From the NCBI GenBank assembly GCA_030602715.1, contig JAUVZD010000008.1, forward strand, positions 1 through 64,000: DNA of 64,000 nt. Direction: 5' to 3'. The DNA comes from Candidatus Coatesbacteria bacterium. GTDB lineage: Bacteria > RBG-13-66-14 > B26-G2 > JAUVZD01. The translations under genes were made by a program, and so were the position numbers. Shown here piece after piece: positions 49,123 through 59,810 of this stretch. Position 1 is the first letter of the stretch; each line of letters begins with the position of its first letter. A model generated the notes under the pieces. The model was not told where the DNA came from. It ran no database searches and was given only the letters and a program-made list of their open reading frames with translations.

Positions 49123-50112
49123 TTGGTTGTAGAGGCAAGATATTACCAGCAGTTGGATGGGGGGAAGGTGAAGTGCGCCCTTTGCCCCCATGAGTGCGTC
49201 ATCGCCGAGGGAAAGCGGGGGTTGTGTATGCTGCGTCTCTGCCATGACGGCAAACTGTGGGCTGACGGCTACGGTAAGACCATCTCAGTCTCCTCCGACC
49301 CCATGGAGAAGAAGCCCATCTATCATCTATTCCCCGGCTCTCAGATTATCTCGGTGGGGGGAAACGGCTGTAATCTCTCCTGCGATTTCTGCCAGAACTG
49401 GAACAGCTCTCAGACGCCCTGTGCCACCGGGATGGTGACTCCCCAGCAGTTGGTGGAGCTTGCCGAACAGGGGGGAAGCGTGGGCGTCTCCTATACCTAC
49501 ACCGAGCCACTCGTGTGGTTTGAGTTTGTGAGGGATACCGCCGAACTGGTGCGGGAAGCGGGAATGGTCAATGTGCTGGTCTCCAACGGCTTCGTCAATC
49601 CGGAACCGCTTGCTGAGCTTCTCCCCCTAATTGATGCCATAAACATTGACCTGAAGTCCATGGACGAGAAGTTTTACCAGAAGCGCTGTAGCGGGCGTCT
49701 TGAGCCGGTGCTTGCCACCATAAGGACTTGCGTTGAGGCGCCGAAATGCCTGGTGGAGATAACCAATCTGCTCATCCCCGGTGCAAACGACAGCGAGGAG
49801 GCGGTCCGCAAGCTGGTTGACTTCGTCGCCGATGAGCTGGGAGAGGATATCCCACTGCACATCTCCCGCTACTATCCAGCATACAAAGCCAAGGAACCTC
49901 CCACACCGCCTGAGACCCTGGAGCGAGCCGGAGAGATTGCCCAGGAGAAGCTCAAATATGTCTATCTGGGCAATGTTGCCACCCCAGCCCACACCTACTG
50001 TCCCAACTGCGGACAGCCGGTGGTGGAGCGTTGGGGTTATACGGTGCGCACCACCGGACTGAAGGACGGACAGTGTGCCAACTGCGGCTACTCCACCGGG
50101 ATCAGGAGATGA
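49123..50112 (+). CDS. AmmeMemoRadiSam-system radical SAM enzyme (PFL-activase-like)
   Basis: GGNGCNLSCDFCQNW CxxxCxxC radical-SAM cluster motif. N-terminal CALCPHEC and C-terminal CPNCG...CANCG auxiliary cysteines. Adjacent to AMMECR1. Confidence 0.75.
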   Translation: MVVEARYYQQLDGGKVKCALCPHECVIAEGKRGLCMLRLCHDGKLWADGYGKTISVSSDPMEKKPIYHLFPGSQIISVGGNGCNLSCDFCQNWNSSQTPCATGMVTPQQLVELAEQGGSVGVSYTYTEPLVWFEFVRDTAELVREAGMVNVLVSNGFVNPEPLAELLPLIDAINIDLKSMDEKFYQKRCSGRLEPVLATIRTCVEAPKCLVEITNLLIPGANDSEEAVRKLVDFVADELGEDIPLHISRYYPAYKAKEPPTPPETLERAGEIAQEKLKYVYLGNVATPAHTYCPNCGQPVVERWGYTVRTTGLKDGQCANCGYSTGIRR

Positions 50113-50183
50113 ACAAATTTTTTCCGGGGATGCCGGTTTTTGCGGTATTATAATACTGAGTTTGGAAGAAAAGGAGAGGCGAT

Positions 50184-50462
50184 ATGTTGGGTAGCATCGG
50201 GATACAGGAGATACTGATAATTCTGGTAATCGCCCTGCTCCTCTTTGGGGCAAAGCGGTTGCCGGAGATAGGTAGAACCCTGGGCAGGGGGATTTCTGAG
50301 TTTCGCAAGGCGCAGAAGGGGCTCACCGACGCCATTGAGCGGGAGGTGGAGAAGGCGGAGAAGGAGGGGGAGGAGAAGAGGGCGGATAAAGGGGATGGGG
50401 GGAAGATAGATGTTAAGGGAGATGAGAAGTCGGATGAGGGAAGGAAGAAGTTGAGTATATGA
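50184..50462 (+). CDS. tatA: Twin-arginine translocase subunit TatA/E with a charged Lys/Glu-rich tail
   Basis: GIQEILIILVIALLLFGAKRLPEIGRTLGRGISEFRKA. Confidence 0.8.
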   Translation: MLGSIGIQEILIILVIALLLFGAKRLPEIGRTLGRGISEFRKAQKGLTDAIEREVEKAEKEGEEKRADKGDGGKIDVKGDEKSDEGRKKLSI

Positions 50463-50508
50463 GTTTAAATATCATATTATTAGGAAAGGAAGCAGCACAT
50501 TTTTATAT

Positions 50509-50535
50509 GCCCCCAAAATGGGGGTTTGCTTTTTG
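50509..50535 (+). terminator. Rho-independent terminator after tatA, nested in a longer imperfect inverted repeat (50488-50547)
   Basis: GCCCCC aaaat GGGGGT followed by TTGCTTTTTGG. Outer arms GGAAGCAGCA and TGTTGCTTCC. Confidence 0.55.
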
Positions 50536-50580
50536 GCTGTTGCTTCCTTCTACCTATTCATATTCATATAACTTACCGCC

Positions 50581-50609
50581 TTGACCCTCCCCCCACCATA
50601 AGTTATACT
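50581..50609 (+). promoter_or_regulatory. Candidate sigma70 promoter for gatB
   Basis: TTGACC, 17-nt spacer, TATACT. Confidence 0.4.
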
Positions 50610-50659
50610 CAATCACACCAACCCTAGAAGACCATTGATCTATTTTCCGGGAGGTATCC

Positions 50660-52111
50660 TTGCCTGCCAAACTTGAGGGCTACTCCATCACCGTTGGCAT
50701 AGAGGTGCATCTACAGCTCGCCACCACAACCAAAGCCTTCTGCGCATGCCCCACCACCTACGGCGCCCCGCCCAACACCCAGACCTGCCCCATCTGTCTG
50801 GGGCATCCCGGCACCCTGCCCGCACCAAACAGACGGATGTGGGAATATACGGTAATCGCTGCCTTGGCTCTGAACTGCAAGCTCCATCAGACCACCCGTT
50901 ATGACCGCAAGAACTACTTCTATCCCGATCTGCCCAAGGGCTTCCAGATATCCCAGCGGGACATACCGGTGGGCTACGACGGCTTTCTTGAGTTTTACGC
51001 CGACGAGGAGGGAGAGAAGCTGGTGCGTTGGGAGATAGAGCGGGTGCATCTGGAGGAGGACACCGCCAAGATAACCCACGAGGAGGGAGCATCCCTGCTG
51101 GACTTCAACCGAGCAGGAGTGCCGTTGATGGAGGTGGTCTCCAAGCCGATGAAGGCATCTCCCCAGGAGGCATATTATTATCTTCGTGCGCTTCGTGCCA
51201 CCCTGCTCGCCCTGGGCGTCTCCGACTGTTCCATGGAGGAGGGCAGTTTCCGCTGTGACACCAATATCTCCGTCGCTCCAAGGGGCGCGGAAATGGGCAC
51301 CAAGGTGGAGATAAAGAACCTCAACTCCCTGCGGGCTGTGCGCCGCTCCCTGGAGTACGAATTTCAGCGGCAGGTGGCGCTTTTAGAAGGGGGAGGGAAG
51401 GTGGAGCAGGAGACCCGCCACTGGGACGAGGGGGCTGACAAAACCCGCCTCGGACGGAGCAAGGAGGAGTCCGCCGACTACCGCTACTTCCCGGAGCCGG
51501 ACATTCCCCCTGTTTATGTAAGCGACCAGTGGGTTGAGGAACTCAAGGCGAAGGCCGGCGAGATGCCCCTTGAGCGTATCAAACGCTATCGGGGGCTGGG
51601 GCTGAATCACTTTGAGGCGGTTACTATGGCGGAGAGACCGCCTTTGGCGGATTACTTTGACCGTTGTATGAGTCTTCTTGATGCACCCAAGCTGGTCGCC
51701 ACCTGGGTGGTGGGTGACCTCTCCGCCCTGGGGGCTACCGCAGGGCTTTCGCCGGCGCAGTTTCCCGTTGAGCCTCAAGAGCTAACCGATCTGCTCCGGA
51801 TGGTTGATGCCGGGGAGGTGAGCGGTCCGGTGGCAAAGGAGGTGCTCGCCAGAGCCTGGGAGAGCGGTGAGGCGCCTAAAACTATAATTGAGAGGGAGGG
51901 GCTTACCCAGATCTCCGATGAGGAGGGGCTGGTGGAGATAGTCTCCTCGGTCATAGAAAACAACCCCGAGGTGGTAAAGAGCATCCTGGCAGGGAAGGAC
52001 AAGGCAGTCGGTCGTCTGGTCGGAGAGGTGATGAAGGCTACTAAAGGGCGAGCAAATCCCGAGTTGGTCAACAAGCTGTTGGCAGAGGAGCTCTCCAAGC
52101 TCAAGGAGTGA
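50660..52111 (+). CDS. gatB: Aspartyl/glutamyl-tRNA(Asn/Gln) amidotransferase subunit B
   Basis: Highly conserved GatB N-terminus TVGIEVHLQLATTTKAFC...NTQTCPICLGHPGTLP and a C-terminal YqeY-like domain. Confidence 0.95.
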   Translation: MPAKLEGYSITVGIEVHLQLATTTKAFCACPTTYGAPPNTQTCPICLGHPGTLPAPNRRMWEYTVIAALALNCKLHQTTRYDRKNYFYPDLPKGFQISQRDIPVGYDGFLEFYADEEGEKLVRWEIERVHLEEDTAKITHEEGASLLDFNRAGVPLMEVVSKPMKASPQEAYYYLRALRATLLALGVSDCSMEEGSFRCDTNISVAPRGAEMGTKVEIKNLNSLRAVRRSLEYEFQRQVALLEGGGKVEQETRHWDEGADKTRLGRSKEESADYRYFPEPDIPPVYVSDQWVEELKAKAGEMPLERIKRYRGLGLNHFEAVTMAERPPLADYFDRCMSLLDAPKLVATWVVGDLSALGATAGLSPAQFPVEPQELTDLLRMVDAGEVSGPVAKEVLARAWESGEAPKTIIEREGLTQISDEEGLVEIVSSVIENNPEVVKSILAGKDKAVGRLVGEVMKATKGRANPELVNKLLAEELSKLKE

Positions 52112-52141
52112 CCTTCGGTAATTCTGTGTGAGGAGGGAAGT

Positions 52142-54625
52142 TTGGCTGATAAGGATAAAGGGAAGCCCGGCAGAGAGGAGAGGGAAGAGGACGCCCTACA
52201 GATTGCCGGGGAGGAGGGCACGGAAAAGAAACGGAGACCGTGGTTCACTAGAAGGAGATGGGTGGTCATCTCCGCCTGCGCCCTCGGTGGTATCCTCCTT
52301 CTGCTTATCCTGGGAATGGCAATTCTACTTCTGGTCAACACGCCGGAGAAGCTCAAGTCCCGTCTGCTCCCCAAGCTGGAGGAGATGGTGGACGGGGAGG
52401 TCACCTTTGAGGACATCCACATGTCGCTTTTTCCCCGCCAGGAGGTGGTTATGGAGGGCTTTGCTTTGACCCCGGCTGACGGTAGCGCCCCTGCGGTAGC
52501 CGAAGAGTTGCAGTTGGGCTTGCATCTCCTCCCCCTCATTGTAGGCGACCTCTCCATCTCCCGCATAACCCTTCTCTCCGCCGACCTGCCCCTCTACCGG
52601 GAGGGGGGTTCCCTCTCCCTGGCTCACTGCTTCCCCAAAGAGGGGAGCCTGACCCGGATGAGCTACAAAGGGAGAATAGAGCTTGATGGGAGTCGGATAA
52701 GGCTTCTGGACCAGAGCGGGTGGTCCTTCACCTGGGAGGGGAGCGATTTTTTCTGCGACCTCAACCTCAACCCCAACGGTGACTCCGTATTTAAGGTGAA
52801 GCTCTCCTGGGAACGGTTGGTAATCTCCGATACCAAGACCAAAGAACCCTCTCCCTTCGCCGGCTTTTCCGGCAGTATTAAACTGGTCGGTAAACATAAG
52901 CGCAAAGAGGGACATATGGAGTTTACTCAGGTTGACCTGAACCTAGCCGGAGCCGAGCTTTCGGCAAGAGGTGAGGTGCGGGACCTGGGCACCGATCTGG
53001 TAACCTTGGATTTTGAGGTGAGCGGAAGCGATGTAGATGCCGGTTCCCTCTTCGCCCTCTTCAATCCCCGGCGGTATGAAGTGTTGGGGCGGGTGGAACT
53101 TGTCGGCAGGGCTGATGTGGATTTGCGGGTTAGCGCCGAGCTTCCCTCGGGGGAGGGCTTTGAAAACATAAATCTGGCGGGGGTGGTTAAATTGTACGAC
53201 GCCCAAATCACCTCACGGTCGGATTCCGGCGGTCGGGGTTCGGCGGAGGACCTTGAGGCTAAGCTGGTCTTTGAGGAGGGGAAGGTGTCGGTAAAGGAGC
53301 TCTACTGCCGGATGGCAGGTGAAGAGTGCGTGGGCTATCTGGAGCTCTCTTGGGGTGGCGAGCCCAGAGTGGTGGGAAAATTCTGGGGGGAGTTTGACGC
53401 CGGCTTGCTATCCTCACTTGCCGGTGGGAAACCCGGCTGGCAGGTCAGCGGCAAAGCCTGCGGGGAGATATACCTGGATGGAGGCGTGGAGGGAGCAGGC
53501 GATATTTCCTACACCGGACATCTGGCGGAAATGTCCGGTCAGTTTTATCTTTCGCCCTTCTCTGCGCCCATAGTGGTCAAAGGAGGTCGTCTGGAGATGG
53601 CTGGATATGAGATGCGCCTCATGGATTGTTCCCTCACTTTGGGCGAATCTCCCATCACCCTGAACGGCACCCTGAAGGGCTTTGAGTTCCCCCGCATAAG
53701 CTACGCCCTCTATTCCCCCAGCCTGGACCTGGATGCGGTGCTCAAGGAAGATCTCTCCCCGCCGTCTGGCGATGTTGAGGCTCTGGAGGAGGGCAGGGTG
53801 ACCCTGGAGGGTGAATATACAATTGACAAACTTCTTTTGTGGAATATCCCGGTGGAGGGCTTCAAGGCAACCACCACATACAATGGCGGGATACTGCAAT
53901 TAAATAGTATGGAGTTCATCGCCTACGGCGGTCCGGTGCGGGGCAAGGCAACCATCCAGATACGGGAGCGGGCATATACCTTCCAGCTGGAGGGGGATTA
54001 TGTGGGCATCAGCAATTGGCTGGATGAGTTTACCGAGAACTACAAAGAGGTGCTTGCGGGAGGCAGGCTTTCTGTGGACATGTTCTTCTCCGCCCGAGGC
54101 ACCTCCGCCGACCCGGTCAAGGAGAGCATCACCGGCCAGGGTGTTTTGATATTTGAACGGGGGACGGTGACCAATCTGTCCATACTGGACCAGCTGGCAG
54201 AGTGGAGTGGGGTGGGGATATTGAACGGCTTCTTCATAGACCGCCTGAAGGGCAGATTCCGTCTGGGAGAGGGGGGTATAACCATCCGGGAGGGCGCACT
54301 TTCCGGTCCGGAAATATATGAGGCGATGATTGACGGATATCTGGGCTTTGACGGGGAGGTTGCCTTCTCCGTCATCCTGCGCCTCTCTCCACAGATGACC
54401 CGGAAGTATTATTCCACTGCGGTTTCGCTTGCCCTGGACAGCAAAGGAAGAGGTGGGATGGCATTCCTGGTGAGCGGAACTTTGGACGAGCCCCGCTTCA
54501 AGCTGGATGCAGAGGCTACCGCAAGGCTGGCTACGGAGTCGGTGGGAGAGGTGGGCGCAGAGGGGCTTTCCCGCTTTGAGAAGGACGAGGAGCTGATGGG
54601 CTTGGATAGCGAGAGTATTTTTTGA
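52142..54625 (+). CDS. AsmA-family protein (AsmA/TamB-like envelope protein) with an N-terminal TM anchor
   Basis: TTG start behind GAGGAGGG. TM anchor WVVISACALGGILLLLILGMAILLLV. Long beta-rich periplasmic region ending with an AsmA-like C-terminus. Confidence 0.65.
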   Translation: MADKDKGKPGREEREEDALQIAGEEGTEKKRRPWFTRRRWVVISACALGGILLLLILGMAILLLVNTPEKLKSRLLPKLEEMVDGEVTFEDIHMSLFPRQEVVMEGFALTPADGSAPAVAEELQLGLHLLPLIVGDLSISRITLLSADLPLYREGGSLSLAHCFPKEGSLTRMSYKGRIELDGSRIRLLDQSGWSFTWEGSDFFCDLNLNPNGDSVFKVKLSWERLVISDTKTKEPSPFAGFSGSIKLVGKHKRKEGHMEFTQVDLNLAGAELSARGEVRDLGTDLVTLDFEVSGSDVDAGSLFALFNPRRYEVLGRVELVGRADVDLRVSAELPSGEGFENINLAGVVKLYDAQITSRSDSGGRGSAEDLEAKLVFEEGKVSVKELYCRMAGEECVGYLELSWGGEPRVVGKFWGEFDAGLLSSLAGGKPGWQVSGKACGEIYLDGGVEGAGDISYTGHLAEMSGQFYLSPFSAPIVVKGGRLEMAGYEMRLMDCSLTLGESPITLNGTLKGFEFPRISYALYSPSLDLDAVLKEDLSPPSGDVEALEEGRVTLEGEYTIDKLLLWNIPVEGFKATTTYNGGILQLNSMEFIAYGGPVRGKATIQIRERAYTFQLEGDYVGISNWLDEFTENYKEVLAGGRLSVDMFFSARGTSADPVKESITGQGVLIFERGTVTNLSILDQLAEWSGVGILNGFFIDRLKGRFRLGEGGITIREGALSGPEIYEAMIDGYLGFDGEVAFSVILRLSPQMTRKYYSTAVSLALDSKGRGGMAFLVSGTLDEPRFKLDAEATARLATESVGEVGAEGLSRFEKDEELMGLDSESIF

Positions 54626-54768
54626 TTCTGATGTTAGATTTTTGGTCAGTGTTCGGCGGGATTGGCAATGGAATGGTATTATTTTTTTGTTGAAATAGTC
54701 GGGTTTTTTTACTATTATTATCTGGGGTTTTTAGAAGAATCAGTTGATTTTTGAAGAAAGGGGGAACG

Positions 54769-55536
54769 ATGAAAGCAGTAATTGCATTTCTGGTTGTGTC
54801 TGTGTCTACTATGGGAGTGTGTTGGGCGGAGGATTTACTGATATTGACCGATGATAGTGGGACTTACAGTTATCCCGACGATATCGGCGACCTGGTCGAT
54901 TCCATGTCTCCAACTCCCAGCTATTTGGTGCAGACCAACAACGGTGACAGTGGAGTATATTCTTCGGATGAGGATTTTTTATCGGATTTTGGTGCGGTCT
55001 TTTGGTATGCCTCCGGGGCTGGCGGCTATGGTCGAACTACCTCCACAGCTGAGTTGAACGCCTGTCAGTCTTATATTGACTCTGGAGGGCATATGCTCGT
55101 CACCGGATATGACCTCATAGGAAGCCCCGATGACCCCAATATGGCTCAAATCATCAACTCCGCCACCTACGGCGACGGTCCCTTCACCACCGGAATGGAA
55201 ATAGTTGAAGAGGGTCATTTCATAGTGGATGGACCCTATGGGACCTTTACGGGGTCATTCTATGTATCTCAAACCGACCACGATCAACTAACGCCGGGAA
55301 CCGATGCGGTGGAGGTCATCACCATTACTGGCTCCGCTAACTCCAAGTGCATCTGCACCGATTATTCTGAGTCTTACGGTGGTACGGTAGTCGGTTGGGT
55401 GGGGAACCGTGGTGACGATGACTTCATAAGCTTCTCCGATTTAGGGGATATGTTCAAGAACTGGCTTTCCTATTTGACCTATCCCACCTCTGTCCAGCCC
55501 ACCAGCTTGGGGCAGATAAAAGCCCTCTACCAGTAA
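54769..55536 (+). CDS. Secreted protein of unknown function ending in the tail ...LTYPTSVQPTSLGQIKALYQ
   Basis: ATG at 54769 behind AAGGGGG. Signal peptide AVIAFLVVSVSTMGVCWA. The body is unrelated to the 39606 protein but the C-terminal 20 aa are shared. Confidence 0.55.
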   Translation: MKAVIAFLVVSVSTMGVCWAEDLLILTDDSGTYSYPDDIGDLVDSMSPTPSYLVQTNNGDSGVYSSDEDFLSDFGAVFWYASGAGGYGRTTSTAELNACQSYIDSGGHMLVTGYDLIGSPDDPNMAQIINSATYGDGPFTTGMEIVEEGHFIVDGPYGTFTGSFYVSQTDHDQLTPGTDAVEVITITGSANSKCICTDYSESYGGTVVGWVGNRGDDDFISFSDLGDMFKNWLSYLTYPTSVQPTSLGQIKALYQ

Positions 55537-55566
55537 GCGCATCTCAGCCGAGTAATATACGGCAAA

Positions 55567-55596
55567 GCGCCCAGCCATTGGGGCTGGGTGCTTTTT
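55567..55596. terminator. Rho-independent terminator (plus-strand oriented, partly bidirectional)
   Basis: GCGCCCAGCC attgg GGCTGGGTGC followed by TTTTTATATATTT. Confidence 0.55.
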
Positions 55597-55634
55597 ATAT
55601 ATTTACTTGGGCTAGGGGTTCTGCAGAGGCTTTA

Positions 55635-56069
55635 TTATCCGTTCTCCTCCTCTGTCAACTCCTCGTCAAGGAAGTCCCTGTCTATGAAGTCCTGCCTCTC
55701 AAAGTCCAGCTCCTGGTTTTCTATCTCTGCAAGCAGTTCATCCTGGGCGAACTCCTCAACCTCTTTAAGTTCTTCCTCCTCATCCTCAACAAGTTCTTTA
55801 GCCCCTTCGCCCTTCGGGGAATCGTCAGCGGTTATGAGCCCGATATCTTCGTCAATTTTATCAATCAAGGCATTCTCATCGTCTTCCCGGTCATTCAGCT
55901 CCTCCCCGCAGCGGGGACAGAACTCCGTCTGTTTCCCCAGAAAATAGCCGACGTAGTTGCACTGTGGGCATTCAAACTTTTCCGCCCGAGAACCACATTT
56001 GGGGCATTGTTGAGGACATTCCGGGTCGGCGCCGGTGAAACCACAAGATGGACAGAACCAGGTTTCCAT
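55635..56069 (-). CDS. Triple zinc-ribbon protein with a long Asp/Glu-rich C-terminal tail
   Basis: METWFCPSCG...CPKCG...CPQCN...CPRCG followed by ~85 aa of D/E-rich sequence. Sits downstream of hutU on the same strand. Confidence 0.5.
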   Translation of the reverse strand: METWFCPSCGFTGADPECPQQCPKCGSRAEKFECPQCNYVGYFLGKQTEFCPRCGEELNDREDDENALIDKIDEDIGLITADDSPKGEGAKELVEDEEEELKEVEEFAQDELLAEIENQELDFERQDFIDRDFLDEELTEEENG

Positions 56070-56140
56070 TGTTACTCTCCGAAAACTGCAACGGGCGAGG
56101 AAATTATATTCATTAGGTTTTGTGGTTTCAAGTAAAAAAA

Positions 56141-57799
<1,659 letters not shown>

Positions 57800-57953
57800 G
57801 GAAAGCACCTTCTCTTTATAGTTGAGTGTTTTGCGAGTCTTACAAAGTGCATATAATACATACATTATTAGCCTGAAATTTGCAAGAAAATTTGGGGCTA
57901 AAGGTTAGGGATCGGGTCTGACTTGTAGAGTATTGTATAATAAAATTTCCAGC

Positions 57954-57982
57954 TTGACAGTGATGGGTGCGGAGGTTATATT
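57954..57982 (+). promoter_or_regulatory. Candidate sigma70 promoter for the nucleotide-sugar cluster
   Basis: TTGACA, 17-nt spacer, TATATT. Confidence 0.4.
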
Positions 57983-58031
57983 TTCAATAATCGTAACTGA
58001 TTTCACTTTTTTATCTATCAACGGATAAAGG

Positions 58032-59357
58032 ATGGATAAAATCTACAAGGAGCTAACCGCAAAGATTGAAGCCAGAGACGCCCTTGTGGGTGTCATCGGC
58101 TTGGGCTATGTGGGTCTGCCCCTGGCTATGGAGTTCGGCAGAGCCGGGTTCACCGTCTTGGGCTTTGATACCAACCCCCAACTGGTTGAGCGTTTCAACG
58201 CCTCCGACTGTTACATCGGTCAGGTTGATGAGGGGTTGTTCACCCGGCTGATAGGTGACGGTCATATGTCGGCTACAGGCGACATGGCTCGTCTGGGGGA
58301 GCAGAATGTATTGTGTATATGTGTTCCCACGCCACTGGATAAGCATCGGGAGCCGGATATGACCTTTATCGTCAACACCTGCAAGACTTTGGCTGAGCAC
58401 CTGCGTTCCGGTCAGTTGGTGATTCTTGAATCCACCACCTACCCCGGAACCACCCGGGAGTTGATTAAGCCCCTGCTGGAGGGTAGCGGTCAATCAGTGG
58501 GCGAGGATTTCTTTCTTGCCTATTCCCCGGAACGGATTGACCCCGGCAACAAGGATGTGAAACTGCGCCAGATTCCCAAGGTAGTGGGGGGGATGACAGA
58601 ACGCTGCACTAATCTGGCAAGAGTCCTTTACTCTGCGGTCTTTGATGAGGTCTATGAGGTCTCCTCCCCTGAGGTGGCGGAGATGTCCAAGCTGTTGGAG
58701 AATATATTTCGTTCGGTCAATATCGCCCTGGTCAACGAGATGAAGATGCTCGCCGACCGAATGGGGTTGGACATATGGGAGATAATCCTGGCGGCGGCGA
58801 CCAAACCCTTCGGGTTCCAGCCCTTCTATCCCGGACCGGGGCTGGGAGGGCATTGCATACCCATAGACCCCTTCTATCTCACCTGGAAGGCGAGGCAGTA
58901 TGACTTTCCCACCCGCTTCATTGAGCTTGCCGGACAGATAAATACCAGTATGCCCGATTATGTGGTCAGCCGAACGATGGATGCGTTGAATGAGCGCCGT
59001 ATCTGCTTGAACGGCAGCCGTATTCTGGTGCTGGGGGTGGCTTATAAGCCGAATATTGACGATATGCGGGAGAGTCCGGCGGTGCGCATTATGGAGATAC
59101 TGCAGGAACATGGGGCGGTGGTGGATTATAACGACCCCTATATTCCCAGGATAGCCGACCAGCGTCAGACCGACTTGCGCAAGGAGTCCATTCGGCTCTC
59201 GGAGAAGACATTGGGGGAATACTCGGCGGTTATTATAGTAACCGACCACAGCGATTATGACTTCCAGTGGATAGTTGAGAATTCCCGACTGGTGATTGAT
59301 ACCCGCAATGCCACCCGGGAAGTGGAGGGTTACGAGGACAAGATAGTCCGTGCCTGA
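58032..59357 (+). CDS. Nucleotide-sugar dehydrogenase (UDP-GlcNAc/UDP-ManNAc 6-dehydrogenase family)
   Basis: VIGLGYVGLPLAMEFGRAGFTVLGFD NAD-binding motif. Catalytic GGHCIPID. Confidence 0.8.
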   Translation: MDKIYKELTAKIEARDALVGVIGLGYVGLPLAMEFGRAGFTVLGFDTNPQLVERFNASDCYIGQVDEGLFTRLIGDGHMSATGDMARLGEQNVLCICVPTPLDKHREPDMTFIVNTCKTLAEHLRSGQLVILESTTYPGTTRELIKPLLEGSGQSVGEDFFLAYSPERIDPGNKDVKLRQIPKVVGGMTERCTNLARVLYSAVFDEVYEVSSPEVAEMSKLLENIFRSVNIALVNEMKMLADRMGLDIWEIILAAATKPFGFQPFYPGPGLGGHCIPIDPFYLTWKARQYDFPTRFIELAGQINTSMPDYVVSRTMDALNERRICLNGSRILVLGVAYKPNIDDMRESPAVRIMEILQEHGAVVDYNDPYIPRIADQRQTDLRKESIRLSEKTLGEYSAVIIVTDHSDYDFQWIVENSRLVIDTRNATREVEGYEDKIVRA

Positions 59358-59377
59358 TTTTTTGAGAGGGGAGACGG

Positions 59378-59800
59378 TTGAACAACGCCAAGGCTTTGTT
59401 TGAGCAGGGCTTCAATTGAGCGGAGTCCATACTCCTGGGAGTTGCCCGGGACATAGGAACGGAATCGCCACATTTTCCCCACCTTGCCACCCCTTTCGGC
59501 GGGGGTATGGGGCGCAATCAGATGATGTGCGGGGCTTTGACCGGTGGGGTTATGGTCATAGGACTGCTTTTTGGCAGAAATTCAGGCGGTGGGGAGAAGG
59601 ATAAAGCTTACAGCAGTGTGGACGCCCTCTTCAATGCCTTTAGGGAGAAATTCGGCAATCTGGGTTGTCGGGAGTTGATTGAGGTGGACCTGCGAAGCGA
59701 GGAGGGGCAAAGACTCTATCACGAACGCAATCTTCACTCGGAGAAGTGCTCCCAGTATGTCGCTTTTGTCGCCGACTGGTTGTTGAGCCTAAAGAGATGA
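59378..59800 (+). CDS. C_GCAxxG_C_C-family redox protein with an in-frame TGA (59417-59419) at the first conserved Cys position. This is a candidate selenocysteine protein.
   Basis: TTG start behind GGGGAG. Translation: LNNAKALFEQGFN-[TGA]-AESILLGVARDIGTESPHFPHLATPFGGGMGRNQMMCGALTGGVMVIGLLFG...LGCRE...EKCSQYV. Family motifs GFNC, FGGGMG, CGAxxG, C and C are all present except that the first C is TGA. The ORF track calls only the 3' 97 codons (59507-59800). Confidence 0.5.
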
Positions 59801-59810
59801 GCAGATACTT

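Noticed and set aside
52325-52915. 196-aa minus-strand ORF inside the AsmA-family gene, and similar nested ORFs inside uvrA, topA and gatB
   Set aside because: All are embedded antisense or out-of-frame within long, motif-rich genes. The GC-rich DNA generates long spurious frames.
55588-55947. 119-aa serine-rich plus-strand ORF
   Set aside because: Antisense of the D/E-rich tail of the zinc-ribbon gene. Its poly-Ser comes from GAG/GAA complements.
59416-59604. 62-aa ORF in an alternative frame across the C_GCAxxG_C_C locus
   Set aside because: No conserved motifs. The frame containing TGA at 59417 reproduces every family motif, so that frame is taken as real.
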